A stretch of 64,000 bases of DNA from contig JAKVKZ010000004.1 of assembly GCA_022484565.1 (NCBI GenBank), positions 18,021 through 82,020 on the forward strand. The letters are read 5' to 3'. The translations under genes and the position numbers were made by a program. Shown here piece by piece: positions 18,123-27,225 of this stretch. The stretch is from Muribaculaceae bacterium (GTDB lineage Bacteria; Bacteroidota; Bacteroidia; Bacteroidales; Muribaculaceae). The first letter of the stretch is position 1, and the number at the start of each line of letters is the position of its first letter. The notes under the pieces were generated by a model. It saw only the letters and a list, made by a program, of their open reading frames with translations, was not told the DNA's origin and searched no databases.

Positions 18123-18833
18123 GTGGGACGGATTAGGCGTTATTATTCAGCACTTAGCCGTTATCACAAAAGCAAAGGTTACGGCATCCATTCCCCTTTC
18201 GCATTCAGTTTCGTGCTGAATGTGCTTAGGGAACGGTTGCCGTATTACACTTATGACGACCTTAATATTTTGCGGCACTTTGTAATTGACCAGACGCGCC
18301 AGCACTTCACTCACCCTGCCGTGATTTCCTTCAAGAGCGCCAAATTGGTGTTCCGTGTGGCCAATTACTTCAATCCCCCTGAAATTCTTCAGTTCGGCAC
18401 AAGTTATGGTGTGTCATCGGCTTCTGTGCTTGCCGTTTCCTCCAAGTCGCATCTTGTGCTTTGCGAGCCTAAATTGATGCAATATCCTGTCACCGAACAC
18501 GTCCTTGAACCTATAAGGAACAGAATCAGCGTGTACGATGATGCGGCTTCCGCCATAGCTGCCTACAAGCGTGGAAAAAGTGTTCCGTTCATTCTCATCA
18601 ATGCCATCAACAATGGCGATTTGCCGGCAATTTCCAAATATCTGCATTCCATCTTCAAAAGTGGCGAAGCAGTCGTAATCATCCGTAACATCAGCCGTTC
18701 TGACACCATTAAGTCACTTTGGCTCGACTGCAAGGCGTCAATCCCCTCCGGCATGACGTTCAGCAACGAAAAACTTGCCGTCATCACCAGCAACGAAAAA
18801 CTTCCCCGTCAGGATTTCTTCCTTTGGTTCTGA
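18123..18833 (+). CDS. Hypothetical protein, possibly a class I SAM-dependent methyltransferase fold
   Basis: 236-aa ORF 6 nt after yfhO with a GTG start. ILQFGTSYGVSS resembles a SAM-binding glycine motif. The product assignment is weak. Confidence 0.4.
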   Translation: MGRIRRYYSALSRYHKSKGYGIHSPFAFSFVLNVLRERLPYYTYDDLNILRHFVIDQTRQHFTHPAVISFKSAKLVFRVANYFNPPEILQFGTSYGVSSASVLAVSSKSHLVLCEPKLMQYPVTEHVLEPIRNRISVYDDAASAIAAYKRGKSVPFILINAINNGDLPAISKYLHSIFKSGEAVVIIRNISRSDTIKSLWLDCKASIPSGMTFSNEKLAVITSNEKLPRQDFFLWF

Positions 18834-18922
18834 TTTTCCTCATTTCATTTTATCCCATTTCCGTGAATCATTTCCCTGCAATGCCATTATTTTCGCATTG
18901 CGTTCTTTGAAATGATGAAGCC

Positions 18923-18953
18923 GAAATTTCCTCACTCGAAAAGTGGAAATTTC
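18923..18953 (+). terminator. Hairpin / terminator after the yfhO operon
   Basis: gaaatttc...cact-cgaaa-agtg...gaaatttc forms an outer 8-bp plus inner 4-bp stem. Confidence 0.4.
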
Positions 18954-19105
18954 AATTGCCCTTTTTAGGTGAAAACCTTGTAATTGTGTGTGAAGCACTT
19001 CACCGTGAACGCTCTCGCAACTTATATAATAGTCAATGGGTTACGAGCGGGAAAAGTGTTCAAACCCAAATACGAAGAATAATTGCACAGGTTGAGCCTT
19101 TTTGC

Positions 19106-19136
19106 AAACAAAAAAGGCGCAAATTGATGCGCCTTT
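19106..19136 (-). terminator. Rho-independent terminator at the end of the PUL gene string
   Basis: aaaggcgc-N8-gcgccttt. On the minus strand it is followed by a TTTTTT run, 30 nt after the stop at 19166. Confidence 0.7.
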
Positions 19137-19165
19137 CTCATTAAGAATCAACCCGTATTTGCACG

Positions 19166-21793
19166 TTATTGCAGTACGATTTTTCTTGATAAGTTATCTA
19201 TGCGCATAATGTAAATTCCAGCTGAATTGCCGTTCATGTCAATGGTCTGCGAAGCTGCTGCCATATTCACTTCACTGGCAACTTGTCCTGTAACGGAATA
19301 TATCTTGATGGTTCTGCCCTCAGCGCCAGTAACCATAAATGACCTGTCGGAAATTTTTGTGATTTTCAGATTGTCCATTTCAGCACTCTTTATTCCCGAT
19401 GCCTTGCTGATGGAAATGGTCATGTCGTCGAGATTCACAGTCACATCGTAGCCATATTCAGCAGTGCCTGAAATGCTCCATTGATTGTCGCCGGATGAAT
19501 CTTCAGTGATTTTTGTGTTGTCGCTCGTGTTGCGGTAATACATCTTTTGCCCGTAACCAGCACGATTGTTTACGGCTATTTTGAATGTGCCTGCGGAAAG
19601 TTGCAGATGCTTGCCACTGAACTCAAATGGATTGCTTGCATTCTGCGTCAACAGCAGTGATTTGGTCAAATCCCATCCACCCGGGGTGGCTGAGCCGACA
19701 ATAAACAACTCATCGTGCAGAATTTTCTTGGCCTGATATTCAGCTTTTGTCGCAGTAACTGTGAGACTGTCGAGATTGCATACTATCGTGTAGTTGCCTG
19801 AAGTTGCAAGTTGAAACTTGGTATCGTTCACCTTGTCGTTAAGCACGAGTTTGCCAGTTCCATCAAGAATGGTGGCTCCGCCATTGTTGTATTGATCATC
19901 CCATGCAGCTTGGCAGAGGAATTTGAAATCCTTGTTGGCCTCCATCCAGCCCGTGTAAGTGAATGCGTGCGGAGCTTCCGAGGTGTTGTGCATCAGTGCT
20001 GCGTTGTCGTACGACCAGCCACCCCATGTGGCTTCGCCTACGACCATCAGTTTATCAGTGATTGCGTCCTCAATCACAAGCATATCCCAATATTTCAATG
20101 CCGGCACTGTCACGCTCACCACGCCGCCGGTTTGGGTGAATTCGAGCTGCTGCGGCACTCCTCCATTGTAGTCAGGCGATGCCACCCACACCTTTTCCAC
20201 TGTGGTGGAATGTCCAATTCGCAATGCTATCGCAGTCTGTTCGGCAGCTTCGGGCATTGTTCCGTCAGCATCGCGCCAACTTGTGCTATTGGCATTTATG
20301 AAATTGAGCAGATGCACTATTTCGCGTCCACCCACCTGTTTGCAGTAAGTGATGATTTTGCCTGTTTGAGGTGACCATGCGGCCACATTGTGCGTTGTGC
20401 TGGTAATATCGGGTGTGTTTTCTATTCCTCCGTCGCGAAGCACATTCTCGTAAGCGGTAAGGAAATCATAATAATGCGTTATCGATGTTTTTAGCTCATC
20501 ACTCATCTTCCGGCTGGCTGTAGGAAAATACTCGTTGGTAAGGATATGGTCGCCGCCAATTTCAAGATGTGTTCCGCCAAGGGCGAACATTGCTGCATCA
20601 GTGAGCAGCACTCCCGGTGTGTTGACGTAGCCATCGGTACCTGATAAATTGCGGTTGACGTATGCCGCAAACACCGTTTTCAATTTATTGCCGCTGAAAT
20701 TATTATTTGTGGCGATTATGTCACGCAGATTGCTGAAATCGCCTTGGTTTTCCCATAACTCGTTATAGAGAAAATCCACATTCCCCGTCTTGGCTATCTG
20801 TTCTTGACCATAACCACCGACGGCATTCATTACAAGATGCTTTGCTGGATGTGCGGTTTTCATGGCGTTGACGAACGAGCCGAAAGCGTCCATAACTTGA
20901 ATGTTTTTGCCCGAATAGTTGTACCAATTGCCTCGGTAGCCCAACTGGTCGATATGATAACCGTCGAAATCGAAATTGGCGTACACATCGTCGTTGTGCT
21001 GCGCAATATATGCCTGCCAGCCAGTGTTGCTCGGGTCGAGAAGATAAATGTTGCTCTTCCAGCCATTGAGAACATGCACATCTTTTGTTGTGTGGTTTTG
21101 GTCAGTAAAGGCGTACCATGTTTCCTGTACTCCATCGGCTGCCGCATCGTCGAGAGCACCGTAGCAGAGATTGTAGAACATTGATTTCATGCCGCGTGAA
21201 TGTTGGGCATTTATATAGTTCTTCACGACGCTGGTATATATTGTGCGGTTAGCTATATCGGTGTAGCTGTAGAGAGGTTTTTCACGTGTGCCTCCTAATG
21301 GCCAGTGATGTTTGTAATGCCAATCGTAGAACTGCACGCCATTGATGTGGCAGCGGCATAGCCAATCCATTTCTGTTGCCACCACGCCCGATGATTTGCT
21401 GCTGCCATAGTCGGCCACAAACCCATAGCGTGGGAATTGTGTCCAGTCGCTCGAAACATCGACGGCTATTGAGCCTAAAATAGTCTCATTGCCTTCGGCA
21501 TCTGCCTTATAGACGTCAACCATGTAGCCGGTGAAATCTTTCGATGGTGCCTGCCACGTCCAAGTCTTTGAGGTCAACACCTCCTCGCTCACCACATTGT
21601 CAAGATGCCTGTAGCGCACTTTGACGCCAGTCGGCAAATTGTCGATGGTAAACGTAACCGCATCACTCGGTGAATACATGGCTTTATCCGTGGATATGTT
21701 CACCGACAAATCCGAAGTCACACTTGAAGCGGCATTGACAGCGAAACAGCCGATTATTGCAGCTACCGCAAAAATTATCGTTCGTATGTTCAT
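19166..21793 (-). CDS. GH66-type dextranase fused to two SusE/F-like binding modules and a T9SS C-terminal sorting domain
   Basis: Signal peptide MNIRTIIFAVAAIIGCFAVNAASS. The catalytic region (CHINGVQFYDWHYKHHWPLGG, FDGYHIDQLG) is paralogous to 27226-29016. Module starts are LMVVGEATWGGWS and LFIVGSATPGGWD. The C-terminus IKIYSVTGQV...GIYIMRIDNLSRKIVLQ is a T9SS type-A CTD. The upstream ORF extension to 21856 overlaps a hairpin. Confidence 0.75.
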   Translation of the reverse strand: MNIRTIIFAVAAIIGCFAVNAASSVTSDLSVNISTDKAMYSPSDAVTFTIDNLPTGVKVRYRHLDNVVSEEVLTSKTWTWQAPSKDFTGYMVDVYKADAEGNETILGSIAVDVSSDWTQFPRYGFVADYGSSKSSGVVATEMDWLCRCHINGVQFYDWHYKHHWPLGGTREKPLYSYTDIANRTIYTSVVKNYINAQHSRGMKSMFYNLCYGALDDAAADGVQETWYAFTDQNHTTKDVHVLNGWKSNIYLLDPSNTGWQAYIAQHNDDVYANFDFDGYHIDQLGYRGNWYNYSGKNIQVMDAFGSFVNAMKTAHPAKHLVMNAVGGYGQEQIAKTGNVDFLYNELWENQGDFSNLRDIIATNNNFSGNKLKTVFAAYVNRNLSGTDGYVNTPGVLLTDAAMFALGGTHLEIGGDHILTNEYFPTASRKMSDELKTSITHYYDFLTAYENVLRDGGIENTPDITSTTHNVAAWSPQTGKIITYCKQVGGREIVHLLNFINANSTSWRDADGTMPEAAEQTAIALRIGHSTTVEKVWVASPDYNGGVPQQLEFTQTGGVVSVTVPALKYWDMLVIEDAITDKLMVVGEATWGGWSYDNAALMHNTSEAPHAFTYTGWMEANKDFKFLCQAAWDDQYNNGGATILDGTGKLVLNDKVNDTKFQLATSGNYTIVCNLDSLTVTATKAEYQAKKILHDELFIVGSATPGGWDLTKSLLLTQNASNPFEFSGKHLQLSAGTFKIAVNNRAGYGQKMYYRNTSDNTKITEDSSGDNQWSISGTAEYGYDVTVNLDDMTISISKASGIKSAEMDNLKITKISDRSFMVTGAEGRTIKIYSVTGQVASEVNMAAASQTIDMNGNSAGIYIMRIDNLSRKIVLQ

Positions 21794-21838
21794 TTTCAAT
21801 GTTTTGTTCCAGAAGTATTTGTCTGGAGATTTTTGAAA

Positions 21839-21861
21839 AGGGCGTGATTTTGGCACGCCCT
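21839..21861 (-). terminator. Hairpin with U-tract between the 326-aa gene and the long GH66 gene
   Basis: agggcgtg-N7-cacgccct, followed on the minus strand by TTTTC. A TACATTTG -7-like box (21869-21862) sits immediately upstream, so a terminator and a promoter may overlap. Confidence 0.5.
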
Positions 21862-21899
21862 CAAATGTATATTAAAACATAATTGCTCCGGAATTAAAA

Positions 21900-22880
21900 T
21901 TATTCCGTCACTACTTTCTGTGCGAAATTGCCGACGCGAACTATATAAAGTCCTGAAGTCAGCACGCTCATATCAATTGCCTCGTTTGCTGAAGCCACCT
22001 TAATGGTCTTCACGATTTGTCCTGTGGCTGAATACACGTTCACTGCTTGTCCTTCAGCGCCTTTCACGGCTATAGTCCTTGGTGATGCCATGAAAACCTT
22101 AACACTGCCCTGAGCCACCTTTGCAACTCCTGTCACGTGCTTAGCAATGGAGATGCTGCTATTTTCGAGGTCAACGGTGATGTCGTAATCGCCTGCTTCA
22201 GTTATTCTCCATTGGTTGTCGCCGAGTGAACTGTCGCTGGTCAACTTAGTTGAATCGGTGGTAACGCAATAGTACATCTGCTGGCCGAAACCTGCATATT
22301 TGTTGATGGCAATCTTGAATGTACCAGCTGCCAATGCCACGATAGAGGCTGAGAACACAAATGGCTTTGAGGCATCTGCAATTGTCAATGGAGTTGCATT
22401 CGCAAGTGTCCATCCACCCGGTGTGGCGCTGCCGACAAGGAACAGAATATTATGCTTTATAGCTTTTTCCTGATATGCAGCTTTCACTGCTGTTACCGTC
22501 AGATTAGCAAGGTCAGCGGTCACTGTGTAATTGCCCGATTCAGCTACTTGGAAATGGTTGTCGGTGCCGTTCTGTACCAAAGTATCCACTGCACTTATCA
22601 CTCCTGTCGCTGATTTGCGCACATATTCACCGTCATTGGTATCTGATTTCCATGCGGCTTGACACAGAAACTTGAAGTCCTTGCCTGCTTCCAGCCAACC
22701 TGTATACACGAAAGTGGTTGGAGTAGTGGCATTTTGAATCATCAGGGCTGAATTGTCGTACGACCAGCCGCCCCATGTTGCATCTCCTACAAGCATCAGT
22801 TTGTCAGTCGTGGCGTTTGCATTTGCTGCACCTATAAGAAGTGCTGCTGCAAATAATGTTGTTGTAATTTTATTGAACAT
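21900..22880 (-). CDS. T9SS-sorted protein made of two SusE/F-like glycan-binding modules
   Basis: Signal peptide. Module starts are LMLVGDATWGGWS and LFLVGSATPGGWT. The CTD is VNVYSATGQIV...GLYIVRVGNFAQKVVTE. The whole protein aligns with the C-terminal half of 19166-21793. Confidence 0.7.
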   Translation of the reverse strand: MFNKITTTLFAAALLIGAANANATTDKLMLVGDATWGGWSYDNSALMIQNATTPTTFVYTGWLEAGKDFKFLCQAAWKSDTNDGEYVRKSATGVISAVDTLVQNGTDNHFQVAESGNYTVTADLANLTVTAVKAAYQEKAIKHNILFLVGSATPGGWTLANATPLTIADASKPFVFSASIVALAAGTFKIAINKYAGFGQQMYYCVTTDSTKLTSDSSLGDNQWRITEAGDYDITVDLENSSISIAKHVTGVAKVAQGSVKVFMASPRTIAVKGAEGQAVNVYSATGQIVKTIKVASANEAIDMSVLTSGLYIVRVGNFAQKVVTE

Positions 22881-22936
22881 AATGATTTAATATTTAGGTA
22901 AATGTTAGTAATTGATTCTTTTGATGATTTCCAAAA

Positions 22937-22965
22937 GGCAAAAGGCCATTCAGCGACCTTTTGCC
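22937..22965 (-). terminator. Rho-independent terminator after the 570-aa gene
   Basis: ggcaaaagg-N11-ccttttgcc. On the minus strand it is followed by TTTTGG. Confidence 0.65.
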
Positions 22966-22982
22966 CATAAGGAAATGAACGG

Positions 22983-24695
22983 TTATTCTGCAATAACCTT
23001 TTTGGTTGCTGCCCCAACACGGATTATATAAAGGCCCGGATTTTCAATTTCAATAGCTTGCGAGGCACTGGCTGATTTTATAGTTTTCACCAGTTGGCCA
23101 AGAGTTGAATACACGTTCACTGCACTGCCTTCAGCACCATTCACCACAAAGGTGCGTGATGAGACACGTGCTATCTTCACATTGTCAGAAATGCGGTTGG
23201 CATTTACTCCCGAGGCTTTCTTAATTGAAATCGTCATATTTTCAATGTCGGCTGTAACAATGTATTTGGCCGTTTCGGCTATTTCCCACTGATTATCAGC
23301 AGTCATGTCGTTGGTCATCTTCGTCGCATCGTTTCCGTCACGTAGGAACCACACTTGAGCATCATTGCCTGTGCTGTAATCGCCATATTTGTTTGTGGCG
23401 ATTTTGAATGATCCAGCCATCAATGAGTCGGTTGCAGTGAAAATGAATGGATTTGTCGCATCCTGCACCATTCCCGTACCTCCATTCAGACTTACTCCGC
23501 CTGCTGTAGCTGTACCTACCATATAGAGTTCGTTGTAATAAATCGGTTTTGTCTGATAGGCAGCTTTCATTGCTGAAACGGTATTGTTCAGAAGGTCGCA
23601 CGAAATGGTATAGTTGCCTGCTTCAGCCACTTGAAACTTATTGTCGGTGCTGGCTTTTGTGGAATTGAGCGTAATTGGACTTATCGCACCGGATGCGTCA
23701 AGAATTGTAGGTTCAGAAGCGCTGTTGTATTGGAATCCGTCATTATATGAGGATTGGCACATGAACTTAAAGTCCTTCGACGCGTCAAGATAGCCCGTGA
23801 AATTGAATGTTGTGGAAGTTCCAGCGTCAGGCAGCATCACATAGGCCTTGTTGAGAGTGTAGCCGCCAAAAGTGGCCTCACCAATCACCAATAATTTGTC
23901 AGGCGTGGTTGGAACCATGGAAATAGTCTTTGCGGCAATGTCAACCGTGACTTTGTAAAGGCCAGGAGTGGAGATTGTCCATTGATTGTCGCCTAGTGAA
24001 CTGTCGTCGGTGATTTTAGATGCATCCGATAAATCGCGGAAAAACCATTCTTGGTCACTATAGCCCGCATACTTGTCGGCAGTCAGTTTGAATGTTCCTG
24101 CGGAAAACAGCACATTGCCCGAGAACAGGAAAGGATTGCCCGAAGGGTCAGCTTGGCTTATGAGCGAAGCATTGTCGAGCGACCAGCCTCCAGGTGTGGC
24201 ACTTCCGACGAGGAAAAGTTGGTTGAAATAGATTGGACTGCTCTGATATGCCGATTTTACCGCCGTGATTACGTTGGTGGTGAGATTACAAGTAATAGTG
24301 TAGTTGGCACTCTCAGGGAGAATGAATTTTGCATCGGTGATGCCGTCATTCTTCACCAGTGTTCCGCTGTAGGAGCCTTCACTTCCGGCAAGCACGCCAG
24401 TAGTTCCTGCACCGTTGTTGTACTCGTCGATACCTGAATCGTTGGCACGGTCACGAAATCCGTTCTGGACATCGGTCACAAATTTGAATTCCTTGTTGCC
24501 CTGCATCCAACCTGTATAAACGAACACAGTGTCGGATGTGAAATTCGGAACCATCAATGATGATTTCGACAACGACCAGCCGCCCCATGTGGCATCACCC
24601 ACAATGAACAAGCGGTTGGACATGGCATTGGCAGTTGCAGCTCCGCAAAGCAGCAAGCCGGCCATGAATAAGTTCATAAGATAATTTTTAATCAT
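22983..24695 (-). CDS. T9SS-sorted protein made of four SusE/F-like glycan-binding modules
   Basis: Signal peptide. The four module starts are LFIVGDATWGGWS, LFLVGSATPGGWS, LLVIGEATFGGYT and LYMVGTATAGGVS. The CTD is VNVYSTLGQLV...GLYIIRVGAATKKVIAE. Confidence 0.7.
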   Translation of the reverse strand: MIKNYLMNLFMAGLLLCGAATANAMSNRLFIVGDATWGGWSLSKSSLMVPNFTSDTVFVYTGWMQGNKEFKFVTDVQNGFRDRANDSGIDEYNNGAGTTGVLAGSEGSYSGTLVKNDGITDAKFILPESANYTITCNLTTNVITAVKSAYQSSPIYFNQLFLVGSATPGGWSLDNASLISQADPSGNPFLFSGNVLFSAGTFKLTADKYAGYSDQEWFFRDLSDASKITDDSSLGDNQWTISTPGLYKVTVDIAAKTISMVPTTPDKLLVIGEATFGGYTLNKAYVMLPDAGTSTTFNFTGYLDASKDFKFMCQSSYNDGFQYNSASEPTILDASGAISPITLNSTKASTDNKFQVAEAGNYTISCDLLNNTVSAMKAAYQTKPIYYNELYMVGTATAGGVSLNGGTGMVQDATNPFIFTATDSLMAGSFKIATNKYGDYSTGNDAQVWFLRDGNDATKMTNDMTADNQWEIAETAKYIVTADIENMTISIKKASGVNANRISDNVKIARVSSRTFVVNGAEGSAVNVYSTLGQLVKTIKSASASQAIEIENPGLYIIRVGAATKKVIAE

Positions 24696-24716
24696 AATTC
24701 TATTGTTTTGGTCTTG

Positions 24717-27215
24717 TTAATAATTAATTTCTATGTTTGTTTCTTTGCCTGTATCAGCAAGCCGCACTGAACATGCGCCTTTTGTTTTGTCCCATGTCCA
24801 TGTAGCGGAGTCGGCTGTTTTAGCATTAGCGTTTCCGAACTTGTCGGCACTGATTTTCTTCACTTTCACTCCGCCAATCATTACTGATTTTGGCGCGTAT
24901 GGCATATACACTTCCATAATCTGGCTCCGCTGCGGCACTTCATAGCCTTTACCCTGACGGGCACTTACCGCTATGGAATATTTACAGATTTCGCTTGAGC
25001 AGGCGATAGGCGTTTTTGCCCACTGCTCACGCAAGTAGCCCAAGTCATTACCATTGTCCTCATAAAGAGTGAACGAGCATTTGCCGCCATTTTCAGCGGG
25101 GAATATCTGATAAGTCACAGCGCAGTTCTTATGTTCATTGCTATAGTTCATTGCCGGCATTGTGGGGATTATCGACCCCTGCTTGACGAACATCGGCACT
25201 ACGCTCAATGGAGCATCCACAGTGACAAAACTTCCGCCTGCATAAATGGTGCGTTTGTCGTTATAATTTATCCATTTCCCTTCGGGCAAATAAAGATTAC
25301 GGGAAACCGCGCCCTTCTTCACCACAGGAGCCACCAGCAGCTGGTCGCCGAGCATGAATTGCTCATCGCAAGAGTAGGTTTCGGCATCGGATGGATATTC
25401 AAGCATCATGGCGCGCATTATCGGGAGTCCCGTGTCGTGTGCCTCACGCGCAAAAGTGTAAATGTAAGGCAGCAATGTGTATTTCAGTTCAATTGCCTTA
25501 CGCACATTCTTTTCGGCTTCCTCTCCGAATAGCCATGGCTCAACGGCATTGTTGCCTTCATGATGAATGCGGCTCAGCGGTGTGAACGCCCCCATCTGAA
25601 CCCAACGGGTATATAGCTCCGCCATAGCTGGATAGTCATGAATATCTCCACAATAGCCAGAAATATCGCAAGTGGTGAACGGCATCACTCCAAGTCCATC
25701 GGAAAGCAGAACTGGAATTTGATTTGCCATCTGTTGCCAGCCTTGTAGCACATCATCGCCATTGCCGCTGTCGCCTGTCCACCCGAAAGTGTAACGTTGA
25801 GCGCCTGCGAATGTGGAGCGCGTCATCTGGAACGGCCGGAGGCCTGGATTGCGCTTTTCAAACTGCTCTTTCACAACTTTATTCCAATTTAAGCCATACA
25901 CATTGTGGATTTCAGCGTGAGTGCCAGCATAATGCCTCATCAGCAGACGCTCAGGCTGGTCTTCGTTGCTCCATGCAGGTTCGCCCATGTCGGTCCAAAA
26001 TCCGTCAACTCCATCGCTAATGGATTTTTGCTGATATTGTCCCCACCAATCGGCCACAGCGGGCAAAGTGAAGTCAACCACCCCGCAATTTCCGCCCCAT
26101 GGCCAAGGCATGTCATAACTTTTGCCGGTGCGCACGTCCTTGGCAAAATATCCGAGGCTGTCGGCCTCGTGCCATTGCACCTTATTGCTCTGCGAAACCA
26201 CAGGGTCCTGCGACACAATGACATGGAATCCCATTTTGTGCAGGTCGGCCAACATACCTTTCGGGTCGGTATAATTTGCCCTTTTCCAGTTGAAATCCTG
26301 AAGATATTCCGTCCAACCGATATCCTGATAGATTATGTCGCATGGAATGCCACGTTTGCGGTAACCTTCGGCAATTTCGCGTGTCAACTTCTCATTTGTC
26401 AGCAGTCCGCGGCATTGGGCAAAGCCCATCGCCCAACGTGGCGGCATAATTGGCGAGCCTGTCAATTGAGTGTATTGACCGATAATATCCTTGTAGTCCT
26501 TTCCATAGATGAAATAATAAATCATCTCGCCGTCAGGTACTTCAAAACTGTAATATTCACGATTTTCCGTGCCGAACTTGAATTCGGTCTTATAGGTATT
26601 GTCGAGGAATATGCCGTAATGGTAATTGCTCATGAAGAAAGGTATGCTTTTGTAGAGAGGATCTTCCGTTGTGCTGTAGCACGGACGGTCGCTGTTCCAC
26701 ATCTTATAGCTCTCGCCACGGCGGTCGAGTTTCCCCGTCTTCTCGCCAAGCCCGAAGAAATGCTCATCGCGCCGCATAGTCTTGTTTTCCACCTTCTGAG
26801 TGCCTTTGATGATGTGTCCCTTGTCGGTGAAATCACTGAAAATCAATTTCTGATATTTATCGAATATCTGAATGCTCATGGGCGATTTATTCACCCTGAT
26901 GCGCAATTTTGACGTGAATATTTCATAGCATGAAGTCTGATTGTCCACACTGACCGTCCCCACATCCTCCAATGCCTCATTCACGACGGCAAAAGATGGA
27001 TTGGAACGCTTCAATGAGCCATCGGCCGACAGCCACATTCTTATCATCGACTGGCTGCAAAGCTTCATTTGCAGCGCGGAATTATCGTCCATACGGAATG
27101 TCACCTCATTGCCACTTGCGGCAAAGGAAGTGCAGTTGATTGCCTGGGCTTCGGTAAAGGCCGCCATTACGACGGCCAGTATCAAAACCGCTAAATCTTT
27201 CTTACCGAAATTCAT
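24717..27215 (-). CDS. Glycoside hydrolase family 31 alpha-glucosidase
   Basis: 832 aa with a signal peptide. The GH31 catalytic region is GVDGFWTDMGEP (WxDMxEP nucleophile motif), and the length is typical. Confidence 0.8.
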   Translation of the reverse strand: MNFGKKDLAVLILAVVMAAFTEAQAINCTSFAASGNEVTFRMDDNSALQMKLCSQSMIRMWLSADGSLKRSNPSFAVVNEALEDVGTVSVDNQTSCYEIFTSKLRIRVNKSPMSIQIFDKYQKLIFSDFTDKGHIIKGTQKVENKTMRRDEHFFGLGEKTGKLDRRGESYKMWNSDRPCYSTTEDPLYKSIPFFMSNYHYGIFLDNTYKTEFKFGTENREYYSFEVPDGEMIYYFIYGKDYKDIIGQYTQLTGSPIMPPRWAMGFAQCRGLLTNEKLTREIAEGYRKRGIPCDIIYQDIGWTEYLQDFNWKRANYTDPKGMLADLHKMGFHVIVSQDPVVSQSNKVQWHEADSLGYFAKDVRTGKSYDMPWPWGGNCGVVDFTLPAVADWWGQYQQKSISDGVDGFWTDMGEPAWSNEDQPERLLMRHYAGTHAEIHNVYGLNWNKVVKEQFEKRNPGLRPFQMTRSTFAGAQRYTFGWTGDSGNGDDVLQGWQQMANQIPVLLSDGLGVMPFTTCDISGYCGDIHDYPAMAELYTRWVQMGAFTPLSRIHHEGNNAVEPWLFGEEAEKNVRKAIELKYTLLPYIYTFAREAHDTGLPIMRAMMLEYPSDAETYSCDEQFMLGDQLLVAPVVKKGAVSRNLYLPEGKWINYNDKRTIYAGGSFVTVDAPLSVVPMFVKQGSIIPTMPAMNYSNEHKNCAVTYQIFPAENGGKCSFTLYEDNGNDLGYLREQWAKTPIACSSEICKYSIAVSARQGKGYEVPQRSQIMEVYMPYAPKSVMIGGVKVKKISADKFGNANAKTADSATWTWDKTKGACSVRLADTGKETNIEINY

Positions 27216-27225
27216 TGTATCACTA

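Noticed and set aside
21851-21866. TGGCACG sequence resembling the -24 element of a sigma-54 promoter (rpoN is encoded in the window).
   Set aside because: The required TTGC -12 element is missing at the correct spacing (the sequence is TGGCACGCCCTCAAAT). In addition, the TGGCAC is simply one arm and the loop of the terminator hairpin.
25905-26912. 335-aa plus-strand ORF inside the GH31 gene. The same issue applies to 4117-4848, 14667-15383, 37868-38497, 41725-42327, 52295-53113, 19811-20374, 26941-27576 and many shorter track ORFs.
   Set aside because: All lie antisense to, or out of frame within, long ORFs that carry unmistakable family motifs (GH31, PpiD, XerD, IspG, RpoN, TrmB, GH66). 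Their translations are low-complexity or Cys/Arg/His-rich with no recognisable domain, so they are shadow ORFs.
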